This document shows positions 39,035-49,708 of a DNA stretch of 64,000 bases, piece by piece. Where the stretch lies: positions 1 through 64,000 of the forward strand of contig JBBRLX010000015.1 of the NCBI GenBank assembly GCA_038231135.1, given 5' to 3'. The notes below the pieces were generated by a model. The model searched no databases. It worked only from the letters and a program-made list of their open reading frames with translations, and was not told where the DNA came from. Numbering within the stretch: position 1 is the stretch's first letter; the number at the start of each line of letters is the position of its first letter. Origin of the DNA: Candidatus Eiseniibacteriota bacterium. Lineage in GTDB: Bacteria; Eisenbacteria; RBG-16-71-46. Position numbers and translations under genes: made by a program.

Positions 39035-40996
39035 TCACAGCCTCCCGCCTCTCCTCCGCTCGTCCCCCGCCCTCACCGTCCACCCCACCCGATCCGCGTA
39101 CTCCAGTAGCGGCACCGAATACTTCCGGCTCACGCCGCCGAGATCCTTGAACGCCGCCATGCTCAGCGAGTCCGCCGCGGCGAAGTGCGCCGCCAGTTTC
39201 GCGCGCAACGCCTCCAGCTGCCGCGTCGTGTACGTCAGGTCCTGATTCACGCGTACGAGCCGGCCGAGGAACACTCCGAGCGTCATCACCTCGCCGGCTG
39301 CGACGCCGAAGCGTTTCTGCCAGATCGCGTTGTCGGGCACCGACAGTCCGGCGGCCTCGAGCTCGGCTTCGACGTTCTCGACATCGGCGAGCGTCTTGGG
39401 CGGTGGCTCCCACGGCACGTCGGTGGGGCGCACGCGGTCGGTACGCAGCTCCAGCACGCCGTCGGCGACCAGCGATTCGAACACGGGGTCGAACAGCGCG
39501 GGTTCCATGCGGCCGCGCATCGCGCTCTTGAGATCGCCCTTCGCGACTCCGAAGCGGGCGGGATGCGTGCGGGCGTACGTGCGCACCTCCATCTCGACGT
39601 GACTCCGGGCCTCCTGCCAGCGGGCGCCTCCTACCCATCGACCTGCCACTGGCGTCACGACCTGCCCCGCGGCAGCCAGTCGCCCGAGCGAAGCTTCCAC
39701 GTCGGCCTCGCGCTCCGACAGATTCTGCGCCAGATGCGCCATCGCGACGGGCTTCGGCTCCTCCGCCAGCCGCTGCAACAGGCGCTGCTCGAGCGATCCG
39801 GTCTCGTGCATCGCTAGCTGCTCGATGCCGGCCTCCTGCCTGCGGCGCTTGCGGCCGACGGGCTCGATTACCGTGCCGCCGCCAACGGTGCGACTCGGCG
39901 AATACGTGCGGATCACGAAGCGGTCGCCGCGCGCGGCCACGGCGGGGCGCTCGAGGCGGAGTTGCGCGAGCGCGCTCTGCCCGGGCCGCAGTACGAGCTT
40001 GCGCTGTTCGCCCTCGCCCTGCTCCTCGCCTTCCAGCAGCAGCAGCCGGCCGATGATCTCGCTCGCGCCCAGATGGAACCGCACGCGCCGCCCGGACGGC
40101 CAGGCCCTGGGCACATCAGGCAGCAACTCGAACCGCACATCGAGAATCTGTGATGCCCGCAGGCTGTCCGGCGCCACGAGCCAGTCGCCGCGCGTCACCT
40201 GCTCGCGCTCGATGCCGTGGATCGCGATCGCGGTGCGCTGGCCGGCGCTCGCAGCGTCCACGGTGTGGCCGTGCACCTGCACGCGGCGCACGCGGGTCTC
40301 GCGGCCCGAGGGCAGCAGCGTCAGCGTGTCGCCGGTGTGGATCGTTCCGCGCCACAGCGTCCCCGTCACCACGGTGCCGAAGCCTTCCACGCTGAACACA
40401 CGGTCGATTGGCAGCCGGGCGGGATCGGCGCTCGAGCGGTTCGCGGCAGCGGCAAGCTGGCGATCGAGCTCGGCGAGCAGCGCGTCCGTGCCCTCGCCGG
40501 TGACGGCGGAAAACTCCACGATCGGCGCCGTCGCGAGCGGCGAGTCCGCCAGCAGCGCCTGCACGTCGCGCTTCACCAGCTCCGTCCAATCGTGGTCCAC
40601 GAGGTCGCGCTTCGTGAGCACCACGATGCCGCGCGCGATGCCGAGCAGCTTCACGATCGCGAAGTGCTCGCGCGTCTGCGGCATCACGCCTTCGTCGGCA
40701 GCGATCACGAGCAGCACCAGGTCGATGCCGCCCACGCCCGCCAGCATGTTCTTCACAAACCGCTCGTGGCCGGGCACATCGACGATGCCGACGCGCACGC
40801 CCGCGGGCGTCACCAGTGGCGCGAACCCCAGGTCGATCGAGATGCCGCGCTGCTTCTCTTCGGGGAGCCGGTCGGTGTCGATCCCGGTCAGGCGCCGGAC
40901 AAGCGCGGTCTTGCCGTGATCGATGTGGCCGGCGGTGCCGACCACGGCGAGGCGGGTGGTGGCGGACGTAGGGGTTCGAGGGGTGACGGAGGCCAT
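39035..40996 (-). CDS. selB: Selenocysteine-specific elongation factor
   Basis: [24 protein letters not shown]-terminal winged-helix motif [11 protein letters not shown]. Confidence 0.95.
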   Translation of the reverse strand: MASVTPRTPTSATTRLAVVGTAGHIDHGKTALVRRLTGIDTDRLPEEKQRGISIDLGFAPLVTPAGVRVGIVDVPGHERFVKNMLAGVGGIDLVLLVIAADEGVMPQTREHFAIVKLLGIARGIVVLTKRDLVDHDWTELVKRDVQALLADSPLATAPIVEFSAVTGEGTDALLAELDRQLAAAANRSSADPARLPIDRVFSVEGFGTVVTGTLWRGTIHTGDTLTLLPSGRETRVRRVQVHGHTVDAASAGQRTAIAIHGIEREQVTRGDWLVAPDSLRASQILDVRFELLPDVPRAWPSGRRVRFHLGASEIIGRLLLLEGEEQGEGEQRKLVLRPGQSALAQLRLERPAVAARGDRFVIRTYSPSRTVGGGTVIEPVGRKRRRQEAGIEQLAMHETGSLEQRLLQRLAEEPKPVAMAHLAQNLSEREADVEASLGRLAAAGQVVTPVAGRWVGGARWQEARSHVEMEVRTYARTHPARFGVAKGDLKSAMRGRMEPALFDPVFESLVADGVLELRTDRVRPTDVPWEPPPKTLADVENVEAELEAAGLSVPDNAIWQKRFGVAAGEVMTLGVFLGRLVRVNQDLTYTTRQLEALRAKLAAHFAAADSLSMAAFKDLGGVSRKYSVPLLEYADRVGWTVRAGDERRRGGRL

Positions 40997-41595
40997 TACC
41001 GTCGACCGCGCTCGAATTCCGGCAGCGCGGTGGCTCCGGCGGCCGTCACCCAGCAGTGCATCCCGAGGTGAGCGAGGCCGGCGGCGGACATGATCGCGTC
41101 GTATTCTGCGGCGGTGCGGTGCTGCAGGTCGCTCACGTTGCCCACGATGTCGTCCTTGTCCGTGAACATCTCGAGGAACGCGACACCGTGGAGCAGCCCG
41201 GCCAGCGTATCGAGCCCTGCTCGGAGCTCCGAGGTCGGGATGTAGTAGAGCGCGCCCGCGCACACGATCAGGTCGTAGGGGCCGCGCAGCGCGAGCTTGC
41301 CCAGGTCGCCGAACCGGCCGCGCTGGATGTTGCGCTTGCGTCCGTAGCGCGCGACGGCGTATTCGCTCACGTCGACGCCCTCCCAGCGGGCGGCGGGTCG
41401 CAACCGCTTCACCACGGGCTGCCAGTGGCCCTCGCCGCAGCACACGTCGAGCACGTTGCGCACCGGGCGCTCGATCAGCAGCTCCGCGGCGTCGATCGTA
41501 AACCGCACGCGGCGCTCGATCTCGGCGCGCGTGAACACGCGCGTGCGCGGCGAGCGGTACCAGCGGTCGAAGTAGGCGCGGTCGTAGGCGGGCAC
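40996..41595 (-). CDS. Class I SAM-dependent methyltransferase
   Basis: VLDVCCGEG, GVDVS, YDLIVC; stop overlaps the selB start (TAATG). Confidence 0.85.
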   Translation of the reverse strand: MPAYDRAYFDRWYRSPRTRVFTRAEIERRVRFTIDAAELLIERPVRNVLDVCCGEGHWQPVVKRLRPAARWEGVDVSEYAVARYGRKRNIQRGRFGDLGKLALRGPYDLIVCAGALYYIPTSELRAGLDTLAGLLHGVAFLEMFTDKDDIVGNVSDLQHRTAAEYDAIMSAAGLAHLGMHCWVTAAGATALPEFERGRR

Positions 41596-41702
41596 GATGG
41601 GCTCCGATAGGAAGAGCGCGCCGCAGAGATCTGCGACGCGCTCAGGATACAGGAACCGGGGTGAATCGACGGCCCGCGCGCAGGCGGCAGTTCGGGCCGG
41701 TG

Positions 41703-43019
41703 CTACTCCGAAACGCGCTCCACGCTGGCGCCGAGGCCCAAGAGCTTGGTGTCGAGCGACTCGTACCCGCGATCGAGATGATAGATGCGCGAGATGCGCG
41801 TCTCGCCGTGGGCGACCAGCGCGGCGATCACCAGCGCCGCGCTCGCGCGGATGTCGGTGGCCATGACCGGCGCGCCCTGCAGCTGGTCCACGCCCTTGAT
41901 GGTCGCGATGTTGCGATCGAGCCGGATGTCGGCGCCGAGCCGCGCCAGCTCGGGCACGTGCGTGAACCGGTCGAGGTACACGGTGTCGGTGATCGTGCTG
42001 GTGCCGTCGGCGACCGAGCACAGCGCCATCATCTGCGCCTGCATGTCGGTCGGGAAGCCGGGATAAGGATCGGTGACGATGGTGAGCGCCCCCGGCCGCC
42101 TGGGCCCGGTGAGCGTGACCTCGCGCGTGCCGATCAGCACCTCGCAGCCGCAGGCTTCGAGCTGCTCGAGCGTGGCGCCCAGGTGTTCGGGTTCGCACTC
42201 GCCCAGCGTGATCGAGCCGCCGGTGATCGCGGCCGCGGCGAGGAACGTCGCGGCTTCGATGCGGTCGGGAATGATCGCGGTGTCGATCGGCTGCAGCTCC
42301 TTCACGCCGTGAATCGTGATCGTGCGCGAGCCCAGACCTTCGATGCGCGCGCCGCACTGGTTGAGCACTTCGCCCAGCACGGTGATGTCGGGCTCGAGCG
42401 CGACGTTGCCCAGCGTGGTCGTGCCCTCGGCGAGCGTCGCGGCCATCATCAGCTGCGCGGTGGCGCCCACCGACACCACCGGAAAGTCGTAGCGCGCGCC
42501 CTTCAGCCTTACGTTGTGGCCGACGATGTAGCCGTGATCGATCTCGAGTTCGGCATTCAGCGCCTGCAGGCCTTCGAGGTGCAGGTTCACCGGACGCGGA
42601 CCCCACGCGCAGCCACCGGGCAACGACACCCGCGCCGCTCCCCAGCGCGCGAGCAGCGGCCCCAGCACGTAGATGCTGGCGCGCATGGTGCGCACCAGGT
42701 CGTACGGCGCCTCGAGGCCGTTGGCGTTCGTGGTGTCGATCGTGCACGTGTGGCCCTGGAACGTGATGCGGGCGCCGAGCACCTCGAGCACGCGGGCCAT
42801 GGTGCGGGTGTCCGACAGCAGCGGCACGTTGCGCAGCGTGTGTACGCCGGGCGCGAGCAGCGTCGCCGCCATCACCGGCAGCGCCGCGTTCTTCGCACCG
42901 CTGATGTCGACGCGGCCGTGCAACGGCCGGCCGCCGCGAATGACGAATGCATCCATGTGCTGGTCCCGGATCGCTAAGTCGTGGGAAGGCGTGTGAGCTG
43001 CGCTGAGGGAGACATCCAT
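41703..43019 (-). CDS. murA: UDP-N-acetylglucosamine 1-carboxyvinyltransferase
   Basis: SGAKNAALP, LPGGCAWGPRP, PGFPTDMQ, HLDRGY; alternative start 42956. Confidence 0.97.
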   Translation of the reverse strand: MDVSLSAAHTPSHDLAIRDQHMDAFVIRGGRPLHGRVDISGAKNAALPVMAATLLAPGVHTLRNVPLLSDTRTMARVLEVLGARITFQGHTCTIDTTNANGLEAPYDLVRTMRASIYVLGPLLARWGAARVSLPGGCAWGPRPVNLHLEGLQALNAELEIDHGYIVGHNVRLKGARYDFPVVSVGATAQLMMAATLAEGTTTLGNVALEPDITVLGEVLNQCGARIEGLGSRTITIHGVKELQPIDTAIIPDRIEAATFLAAAAITGGSITLGECEPEHLGATLEQLEACGCEVLIGTREVTLTGPRRPGALTIVTDPYPGFPTDMQAQMMALCSVADGTSTITDTVYLDRFTHVPELARLGADIRLDRNIATIKGVDQLQGAPVMATDIRASAALVIAALVAHGETRISRIYHLDRGYESLDTKLLGLGASVERVSE

Positions 43020-43426
43020 GGTGCCGTCCTTCCGGATCGCCCGCGGTTCCGTCCGCTGGGTGTGGGGGAGTTCGTGCTCAGGTGGCGCCAGATCAGGAGC
43101 AGGCCGGGCAGGGTCGTCCCGCTGTCGCGATTATCGGCAGGCGATTGCAGCAAATCAACCTCCGGTTCGAAATTGGATGCCGAATCGTGGGTGAAATGCC
43201 CCGTGTCCGGTACCACATCCTGACGCCGCGAGCGTCATGACGCTCGTCATGGTGCACCGGATTTGCACCCCCTTGATGGTGCCGGCAGCGAAGCTTGGAA
43301 CGAACGCTCGATTCCGGCGTATCATCATCGGGAACGCTTCCCACTGTTGAGCCCGACTGATCCGAACACTACCCCGGCGCGTGCACCGATGCCCGCCGGC
43401 CGGCGACCCCTGGAGATTCCGCGTCC

Positions 43427-44374
43427 ATGTTCCTTGCGACCCTCGCGATGCTCGCCGCCGTTTCGGCCCCGGCCGCCATCCCCACGCACACCCAGTACCC
43501 GCCCCAGGTCGCCGACCAGATGATCAAGAAGATCTATACCGACCGGGACCAGGCGGAAGCCTGGATGCGCCAGGACCCGGAGTCCTACCTGGCCGCCATG
43601 CAGCGCAAGGATTTCGCCGGCAGGACCTCGCTCACGATCGGGCGCGCCGAGGACAACGACATCCGGATCGACAACGACCTCATCAGGCCACACCACCTGA
43701 GGGTCACGGTCGTAGGCGACTCGTTCCACGTCCAGGCGCTGGACGACAGCGCCCGGTTCCGCGTGGAGAACGAATACGAGACGCGTGACAGCACGCTCGG
43801 GCCGTCGACGATCGGAATCGGCAAGGTTGGTTACATCTGGGGGCGCTTCCATCTGCGACTGTCGCATCAGAACTATCCGGCGCTCATTCTGTTCGACGGC
43901 TTCAGCGACCGATTCAAGCAGTATCACGGGCTCAAGCACTTCCCGGCCGATCTAGGCTATCGCTACGTGCTGCCGCTCGTGCCGAACCCGCATCCCGACA
44001 CGATCCTGATCGCGTCGACGCGCGGCGGGAAACGACCGGCGGTGCGGCTCGGGTGGTTCGATTTCAAAGTCGGTGCCAAACCCTGCCGGCTCACTGCGTT
44101 GCACGTGATCGAACCCGGGATTCCCGCAGGCAGCATGGTGGTGTTCTTCCGCGATGCGACGAGCGGCAAGGAGACCTGCGCGCTGGGACGTTATCTCGAG
44201 GCGACGAAGCTCGGCGCCAGCGGGCACTACCTGCTCGACTTCAACACCGCCACGAACCCGGCGTGCGCATTCTCGGACCTCTACAACTGCCCGATTCCAC
44301 CGAAGGAGAACACGCTCAAAGCGGCAATTTTGGCGGGTGAGAAGGATATGCACTACGCGACGGCCTGGAAGTAG
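43427..44374 (+). CDS. Secreted DUF1684-family protein with FHA-like segment
   Basis: Signal peptide; TIGRAEDNDIRI; LDFNTATNPACAF...CPIPPKENTL...AGEK. Confidence 0.85.
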   Translation: MFLATLAMLAAVSAPAAIPTHTQYPPQVADQMIKKIYTDRDQAEAWMRQDPESYLAAMQRKDFAGRTSLTIGRAEDNDIRIDNDLIRPHHLRVTVVGDSFHVQALDDSARFRVENEYETRDSTLGPSTIGIGKVGYIWGRFHLRLSHQNYPALILFDGFSDRFKQYHGLKHFPADLGYRYVLPLVPNPHPDTILIASTRGGKRPAVRLGWFDFKVGAKPCRLTALHVIEPGIPAGSMVVFFRDATSGKETCALGRYLEATKLGASGHYLLDFNTATNPACAFSDLYNCPIPPKENTLKAAILAGEKDMHYATAWK

Positions 44375-44450
44375 CGCGCGGGTCGCGCCGGGAACCCGTT
44401 CGGCGGGTTTGAGTGGTTTGGTTCGTTGCCAACATAGCAATTTTCGCGTT

Positions 44451-45356
44451 TCAGCCTTCCTCCCGCCACTGCTGCGGCGCGATCGCCGGACCGTGCTCCC
44501 GCCGCGCTACCAGGATCCGCGGGCGGCCGGTGAGGTCGTCGCGCAGCTCGACCTCGCTCCAGTCGTGGGCACCCTCGAGCCAACCGGCGACCTCCGCGGC
44601 GCGGCGCTCCGACAGCTCGAGCGCCAGCAGGCCATCGGTCACAAGGTGGCGCGGGGCCTGATCGATGATCTCGCGTAACGCCTCGAGGCCGGTCTCACCG
44701 GAAAATAGCGCCGCGTGCGGCTCGTGGTTGCGGACCTCGTCCGGCAGGTCGTCCCATTCCGTGGTCGCGATGTAGGGCGGGTTCGACACGATCGCCTCGA
44801 ACCGCTCATCGCGGGCGATGGCATCGAACCAGTCACCCGCGGTGAACGTCATGCGATCCACGAGGCCGAGCGCCACCGCGTTGTCGCGCGCCAGCGCGAG
44901 CGCCTCGGAGCTCGCGTCGGTCGCCCATACGCGCGCCTGGGGCAGCTCGTGCGCGATGGCGAGGGCGATCGCGCCGGAACCGGTGCCGAGATCGAGCACC
45001 CGCGGCGTGGGCCACCGCGTTACCGCGCGGCGCAGGATGCCGAGTACGACCTCGACCAGCAGCTCGGTCTCGGGACGCGGCACCAGCACGCGCGCGTCGA
45101 CGGCCAGGTCGATGCCGCGGAACGCGGCGCGGCCGGTGATGTACTGCACGGGCTCGCCTGACAGGCGGCGTTCCAGCCACGCATCGAGCCGCTGGAGATC
45201 GTCTCCCGCCAGCACGAGCGCCGCTCCAAGGCGCAGGTCGTTGCGACCGACGCCGAGCAGCCGGCTCAGCAGCTCGTCGGCGTCGGTGGCGGGAATGCGG
45301 TGCTGCGCCAGCCGGAGCTTCGCCGCGCTCAGCGCGTCACCGAGGGTCGTGGGCAC
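44451..45356 (-). CDS. prmC: Release factor glutamine methyltransferase
   Basis: EPVQYI, VPRPETE, LDLGTGSGAI, SNPPY. Confidence 0.95.
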   Translation of the reverse strand: MPTTLGDALSAAKLRLAQHRIPATDADELLSRLLGVGRNDLRLGAALVLAGDDLQRLDAWLERRLSGEPVQYITGRAAFRGIDLAVDARVLVPRPETELLVEVVLGILRRAVTRWPTPRVLDLGTGSGAIALAIAHELPQARVWATDASSEALALARDNAVALGLVDRMTFTAGDWFDAIARDERFEAIVSNPPYIATTEWDDLPDEVRNHEPHAALFSGETGLEALREIIDQAPRHLVTDGLLALELSERRAAEVAGWLEGAHDWSEVELRDDLTGRPRILVARREHGPAIAPQQWREEG

Positions 45357-45434
45357 GGCGGCAGCATACTCCGGCCCCACGACGACCGCCTCCGTCACCG
45401 GGCGCGCGGCGGCCGCGCGCGCCGGCAACGGAAC

Positions 45435-45713
45435 TCAATTCTCGATGAAGAACGTGTCGAAGAACATGTATCCGCAGGTCGCGATCGCGCCCGCGACCGT
45501 GCCCGGGAACACCATGCCGCCCATCAGGGCGCGGCTGAACAGCCCGCATCCCACGGCGGCGTACACGCCGGCCAGCGTGTCTCCGACCGGAGGTTCGACC
45601 GGCGTCACCACTTCAGGCGCCGTGACGGAGGCGGCGTGAGCGTGGCCCGGAACCACGCTCCACGCTCCTGCCAGACCGAGCAACAGGAACAACAACGCGA
45701 GACGTCGTTTCAT
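45435..45713 (-). CDS. Small secreted hydrophobic peptide with Cys pair (92 aa)
   Basis: SD AAAGGA; signal peptide ending AHA; C-X23-C in a Gly/Ala-rich region. Confidence 0.7.
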   Translation of the reverse strand: MKRRLALLFLLLGLAGAWSVVPGHAHAASVTAPEVVTPVEPPVGDTLAGVYAAVGCGLFSRALMGGMVFPGTVAGAIATCGYMFFDTFFIEN

Positions 45714-45743
45714 GGAGTCCATTCCTTTCGTGCGGCCGAGCGA

Positions 45744-45881
45744 TCAGCCGTCCATGGTTTGAGCGATGAGCATCGAGCATCCGATCGCGGCGAGAACCAT
45801 TGCCAGCGTTCCCGCTGCGAACACGATCGAGATCGCGCATGCCGAGTAGGCCAGCACGCTCCCCCATCCGTTGACGACCAT
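45744..45881 (-). CDS. Small hydrophobic peptide with Cys pair (45 aa)
   Basis: Strong SD GGGAGG before ATG 45881; MVVNGWGSVLAYSACAISIVFAAGTLAMVLAAIGCSMLIAQTMDG, C-X19-C. Confidence 0.6.
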   Translation of the reverse strand: MVVNGWGSVLAYSACAISIVFAAGTLAMVLAAIGCSMLIAQTMDG

Positions 45882-45928
45882 GGGTCCCTCCCTGAGGTGA
45901 ACCGTGCGGGGGACTGAGCGGCACCGCA

Positions 45929-46405
45929 TCACGGCGCCGATTCGAATCCCGGCGGCAGCGTGCGCAGGTAGCGCCCGCCGCCGTCGAACACCAGCACTTC
46001 GCCATACACCCGATGCCCCCAGCGGCGTCGCCACGTATCGCGGACGTCCCACCACATCCCGTCCACCACCACGTTCGCGAACGCGGGCGCCGCGGGGAGC
46101 TTCGGAGTGTCGACCAGCAGGATGCCGAGCCGCGTCCCGGATCCCCGCGGCAGTGCGGCCGCGGCGCGCGCCAGGTGCTGCCGGCAGTGCGGGCACAATG
46201 GATTGACCGCGATCAGCCACAACTCACGCGCGCCGTCGATCGCGGGCGGCGGGCCCACGGCGACGAACTGGGCCGGTTCGAACCGCGGCTCGCTCCAGGG
46301 CGCCATGCGGTCGTGCGCCCACGACAGACCCAGCGCCAGCACGAGCGTTGCGCACACCGCGACGAACAGCAGCGGCAGGGAGCGACGTCCCCGGGCGGGC
46401 GTCAT
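45929..46405 (-). CDS. Membrane-anchored thioredoxin-like protein
   Basis: N-terminal TM, LIAVNPLCPHC, VLVFDGGG; ATGA overlap with the upstream gene. Confidence 0.7.
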   Translation of the reverse strand: MTPARGRRSLPLLFVAVCATLVLALGLSWAHDRMAPWSEPRFEPAQFVAVGPPPAIDGARELWLIAVNPLCPHCRQHLARAAAALPRGSGTRLGILLVDTPKLPAAPAFANVVVDGMWWDVRDTWRRRWGHRVYGEVLVFDGGGRYLRTLPPGFESAP

Positions 46406-47043
46406 GACAGCGGGCTCATGCCGCGCGCGAGATCGAGACCCCACCACAGCGCGAGGCGGGTCACGAGCCAGCCCGCGAGCGTGACCAGCAACGGGAGCCC
46501 GATGCTGCGGCCGGTCTCGCGCGCCTGCGCCCATGCCGTCAGCGCAATGCGCAGCAACGCGCACAGCCCGAACGTCGCGAACGCCCCGCCCAGCGCCGAG
46601 GCGTGAGCACCCGGAGCGCTCGCGAGTCCCGCCCCCAGCACCGGCGCGAGCCACCGGGCGAGGCCCGGGGCGGCGTCGCGGATCAGCATCTGCAAGGTGT
46701 CCGATCCGGCATCGATCAGCGATAGCGACGCCACGACGACGAAGAAGCGCGCGAACCGGAACCCCGCGCCGAAGCTGCGCCACCAGGCCCAGTAGAACAG
46801 GGATTCGCAGCCAACCGACGCGAACCGTCCAAACACCGAGCTAGCCGCGAGCCACCCCAGCGACATTGCGGGCGCGCCGCTCGCGCCCATCACCGCGTCG
46901 AACCCCGCCTGGTCGATCTGCCGCCGGGTGACGGCCCACCAGACCCCACCGATGCCGAGGAGCCACAGCACCGAAACCAACTTGTGACCCGGCCCCGTTC
47001 GGATTCGGGGCGCGGTCGCTTCGAACGTCTGCGCGTAGTGCAT
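46402..47043 (-). CDS. Multi-pass membrane protein (Yip1-like topology)
   Basis: SD GGAGG; about 5 hydrophobic segments. Confidence 0.7.
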   Translation of the reverse strand: MHYAQTFEATAPRIRTGPGHKLVSVLWLLGIGGVWWAVTRRQIDQAGFDAVMGASGAPAMSLGWLAASSVFGRFASVGCESLFYWAWWRSFGAGFRFARFFVVVASLSLIDAGSDTLQMLIRDAAPGLARWLAPVLGAGLASAPGAHASALGGAFATFGLCALLRIALTAWAQARETGRSIGLPLLVTLAGWLVTRLALWWGLDLARGMSPLS

Positions 47044-47280
47044 GACGTCGTTCCTCCCGGAGGAATGACGGGGGCATGCACCCGCAGTCAGAGCACGGCG
47101 TGTGCCGGGAATGAGGCGGCGCCTCAGCGCGGCGCGATGCGATACCGCGGGAACGACATACGCGGCAAGAGGTGCAAACGCCGCGCCCCGGTCACCCGAC
47201 GACAGGCGTCGCCGCGTGGACACGCCCGCCCACGAAGTGGACGCCTTGAGTGCAGGCAAGTGTCACAACAACCACGTGCC

Positions 47281-47479
47281 GCGATGCCGTTCGGGGTGAG
47301 GTTCCGCAGGCGGGGACCGAGCGCAGCGCGGGAGTGCAGGGATGCACGGAGCGCTGCGCGAGTAGCGAGGACCCGCCAGGATGGCGGGGGCGAAGCGTCC
47401 CCGCCGTAGGAATCCCACCCCGAACGGCATCGCTGCTCAAGAGCAACCGCCGGAGGAACTTCACCCCCAACGGCATCGC
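47281..47479. repeat. MITE/REP-like element with 25-bp inverted repeats and an extra right arm
   Basis: 47281-47305 is inverted to 47409-47433 and to 47455-47479 (2 mismatches each); internal hairpins. Confidence 0.7.
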
Positions 47480-47493
47480 AGCTCGAGCGGAGC

Positions 47494-48567
47494 CTAGACT
47501 TCCGCTCCCAAAGCCGCCAACCGCTCCGCGATATCCGCCACGATCAGCGCATCGGACAGCTCGGCGAGGTCGCCTTCCATCACCATCGGCAGGTTGTGCG
47601 ACGTGAAGTTGATACGGTGATCCGTAACCCGGCTCTGCGGAAAATTGTACGTGCGGATCTTGGCGCTGCGGTCGCCTGTCGACACCTGCGACTTGCGCTG
47701 CGCCGCGTACTTCGCCTGCGCCTCCTGCAGCTTCAAGTCGTAGAGCCGCGCCCGCAGCACCTTCATCGCCTTCGCGCGGTTCTTGATCTGGGAGCGCTCA
47801 TCCTGGCACGTGACGACGAGACCCGTCGGCAGGTGGGTGATGCGCACCGCAGAATCGGTGGTGTTGACGCCCTGGCCGCCGGGGCCGCCGGCGCGATACA
47901 CATCGACCCGCAGGTCCTTCTCGGCCACGTCGACGTCGACGTCCTCCACTTCGGGCAGCACCGCGACCGTCGCGGCCGACGTGTGGATGCGCCCCGACGC
48001 CTCGGTGGCGGGCACCCGCTGCACGCGATGGACGCCGCTCTCGAACTTCATCTGGCGGTACACCCCCTCGCCCGAGAGCAGGAAGATGACCTCTTTGTAC
48101 CCGCCCACGCCCGAATCGCTCGCGCTGATCATCTCCTGCTTCCAGCCGCGCCGCTCGGCGAACCGGGTGTACATCCGGTACAGCTCGGCGGCGAACAGCG
48201 ACGCCTCGTCGCCGCCGGTGCCCGCGCGGACTTCGACGATCACGTTCTTGTCGTCGTCGGGATCGGGCGGCAGCAGCATCCGGCGGAGCGCGGCCTCGAG
48301 CGACTCGCGCCGGCTGTGCAGCTCGGGCAGCTCGGCCCGGGCCAGCTCCGACAGGTCGGCATCCCCGGTGGCGATCGCGGCCTCGTCGTCAGCAATCGTC
48401 CGCTCGACGCTGCGGTACTCGGCGAGCGACCGCATGGTCTGCTCGAGCCGCGAGCGCTCGCGGGACAGGTCGCGGAGCCGGCGCGGATCCCCGGTGACTT
48501 CGGGATCGCTGAGCAGCGCCGTCAGCTCGGCGTAGCGGGTTTCGACTTTCTTGAGGGCGTCCCACAT
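47494..48567 (-). CDS. prfA: Peptide chain release factor 1
   Basis: VPAT specificity motif, [11 protein letters not shown]. Confidence 0.97.
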   Translation of the reverse strand: MWDALKKVETRYAELTALLSDPEVTGDPRRLRDLSRERSRLEQTMRSLAEYRSVERTIADDEAAIATGDADLSELARAELPELHSRRESLEAALRRMLLPPDPDDDKNVIVEVRAGTGGDEASLFAAELYRMYTRFAERRGWKQEMISASDSGVGGYKEVIFLLSGEGVYRQMKFESGVHRVQRVPATEASGRIHTSAATVAVLPEVEDVDVDVAEKDLRVDVYRAGGPGGQGVNTTDSAVRITHLPTGLVVTCQDERSQIKNRAKAMKVLRARLYDLKLQEAQAKYAAQRKSQVSTGDRSAKIRTYNFPQSRVTDHRINFTSHNLPMVMEGDLAELSDALIVADIAERLAALGAEV

Positions 48568-48652
48568 GGTGGCGGCTTGGGCGTAGGGAGTGAGGTTCGC
48601 GGCCGCTCGGGACCCGCCGGCTCAGGAGCCGGCGGCCGCGGCGCGCGGGCCG

Positions 48653-49705
48653 TCACTGCACGAACGCCACCTCCGAGTCCGTGCCATCCGCGGCCAGCTC
48701 GAGCGCCACGACCTTCTCGTCGCCGCGCACCTGTTCGAGCGCCGCGATCGCGACCGCGCACATCTCGAGGTCCGGCTCGCGCGTGGTGAGCCGCTGGAAC
48801 TGGAGCCCGGGCCAGATCAGCGCGCGGATCAGCGGCTGCTGCGAATGCCGGCCCGAGATGCGGATGAACTCGAACGCCACGCCCGCGATCAGCGGCATGC
48901 ACGCGATGCGCAGCAGGTGATCACCGATCCCGCGCGGGCGGCCGATGAACGTGAACACCACGATGCTCACGATCACGATCAGGAACAGGAACGATGTGCC
49001 GCAGCGCGGATGGAACCGCGAGAACGTCTGGACGCTGGCGGGCGTCAGCGGCGCCCGGTTCTCGAGCGCGTGGATCGCCTTGTGCTCGGCGCCGTGAAAC
49101 CCCAGCACGCGTCGCATCTCCTTCCACTGGCTGATGAGCAGCAGGTAGAGGATGAACGCGATCAGCCGGAACAGGCCGTCGACCAGCCCGAATCCGATGC
49201 GGTCGCGGAACCCGAGCCAGCCGGTGAGCCGTGCCGGCAGCACCACGAACATGAACAATCCAACCGCGAACGAGACCGCGAGCGTGAGGACCTGCGCCGC
49301 GCCGCCGAGCCCGCTGCTGCCGGCTGCCGCGGACGGGCGGGACATCGGCAGCGGCACCACCGGCAGTGGCACCGCGGGCGATGCGGGCACGCCGATCGCT
49401 TCGGGATGTTCGGGGTGGCCCGCGTGCCCCGCCGGCGCGGCCGCTGCCGAGGGTGACTCCTTCACCGCCTCATCGGCGCTGAAGTTGAGCGCGGTGATGC
49501 CCAGGTAGAGCGTCTCGAACAGCGACACCGCCCCGCGCACGATCGGCAGCCCGAGCAGTTTCACGCGTAGCGTGATCGACTCGAACCGCCGCTCGAGCAT
49601 GCCGATCGAACCGTCGGCATGCCGCACGGCGACGGCCACGCGCGAGGGTGAGCGCATCATCACGCCCTCGATCACCGCCTGGCCGCCGACCGGCAGGAAC
49701 GGCAT
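48653..49705 (-). CDS. DUF1385-family membrane protein
   Basis: GGQAVIEGVMM, HGAEHK, HPRCGTSF; rpmE-DUF1385-prfA synteny. Confidence 0.92.
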   Translation of the reverse strand: MPFLPVGGQAVIEGVMMRSPSRVAVAVRHADGSIGMLERRFESITLRVKLLGLPIVRGAVSLFETLYLGITALNFSADEAVKESPSAAAAPAGHAGHPEHPEAIGVPASPAVPLPVVPLPMSRPSAAAGSSGLGGAAQVLTLAVSFAVGLFMFVVLPARLTGWLGFRDRIGFGLVDGLFRLIAFILYLLLISQWKEMRRVLGFHGAEHKAIHALENRAPLTPASVQTFSRFHPRCGTSFLFLIVIVSIVVFTFIGRPRGIGDHLLRIACMPLIAGVAFEFIRISGRHSQQPLIRALIWPGLQFQRLTTREPDLEMCAVAIAALEQVRGDEKVVALELAADGTDSEVAFVQ

Positions 49706-49708
49706 GTT

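Noticed and set aside
43250..43268. Possible sigma54 promoter GTGCACCGGATTTGCA before the DUF1684 gene
   Set aside because: Lacks the invariant GG at the required 10-nt spacing from GC
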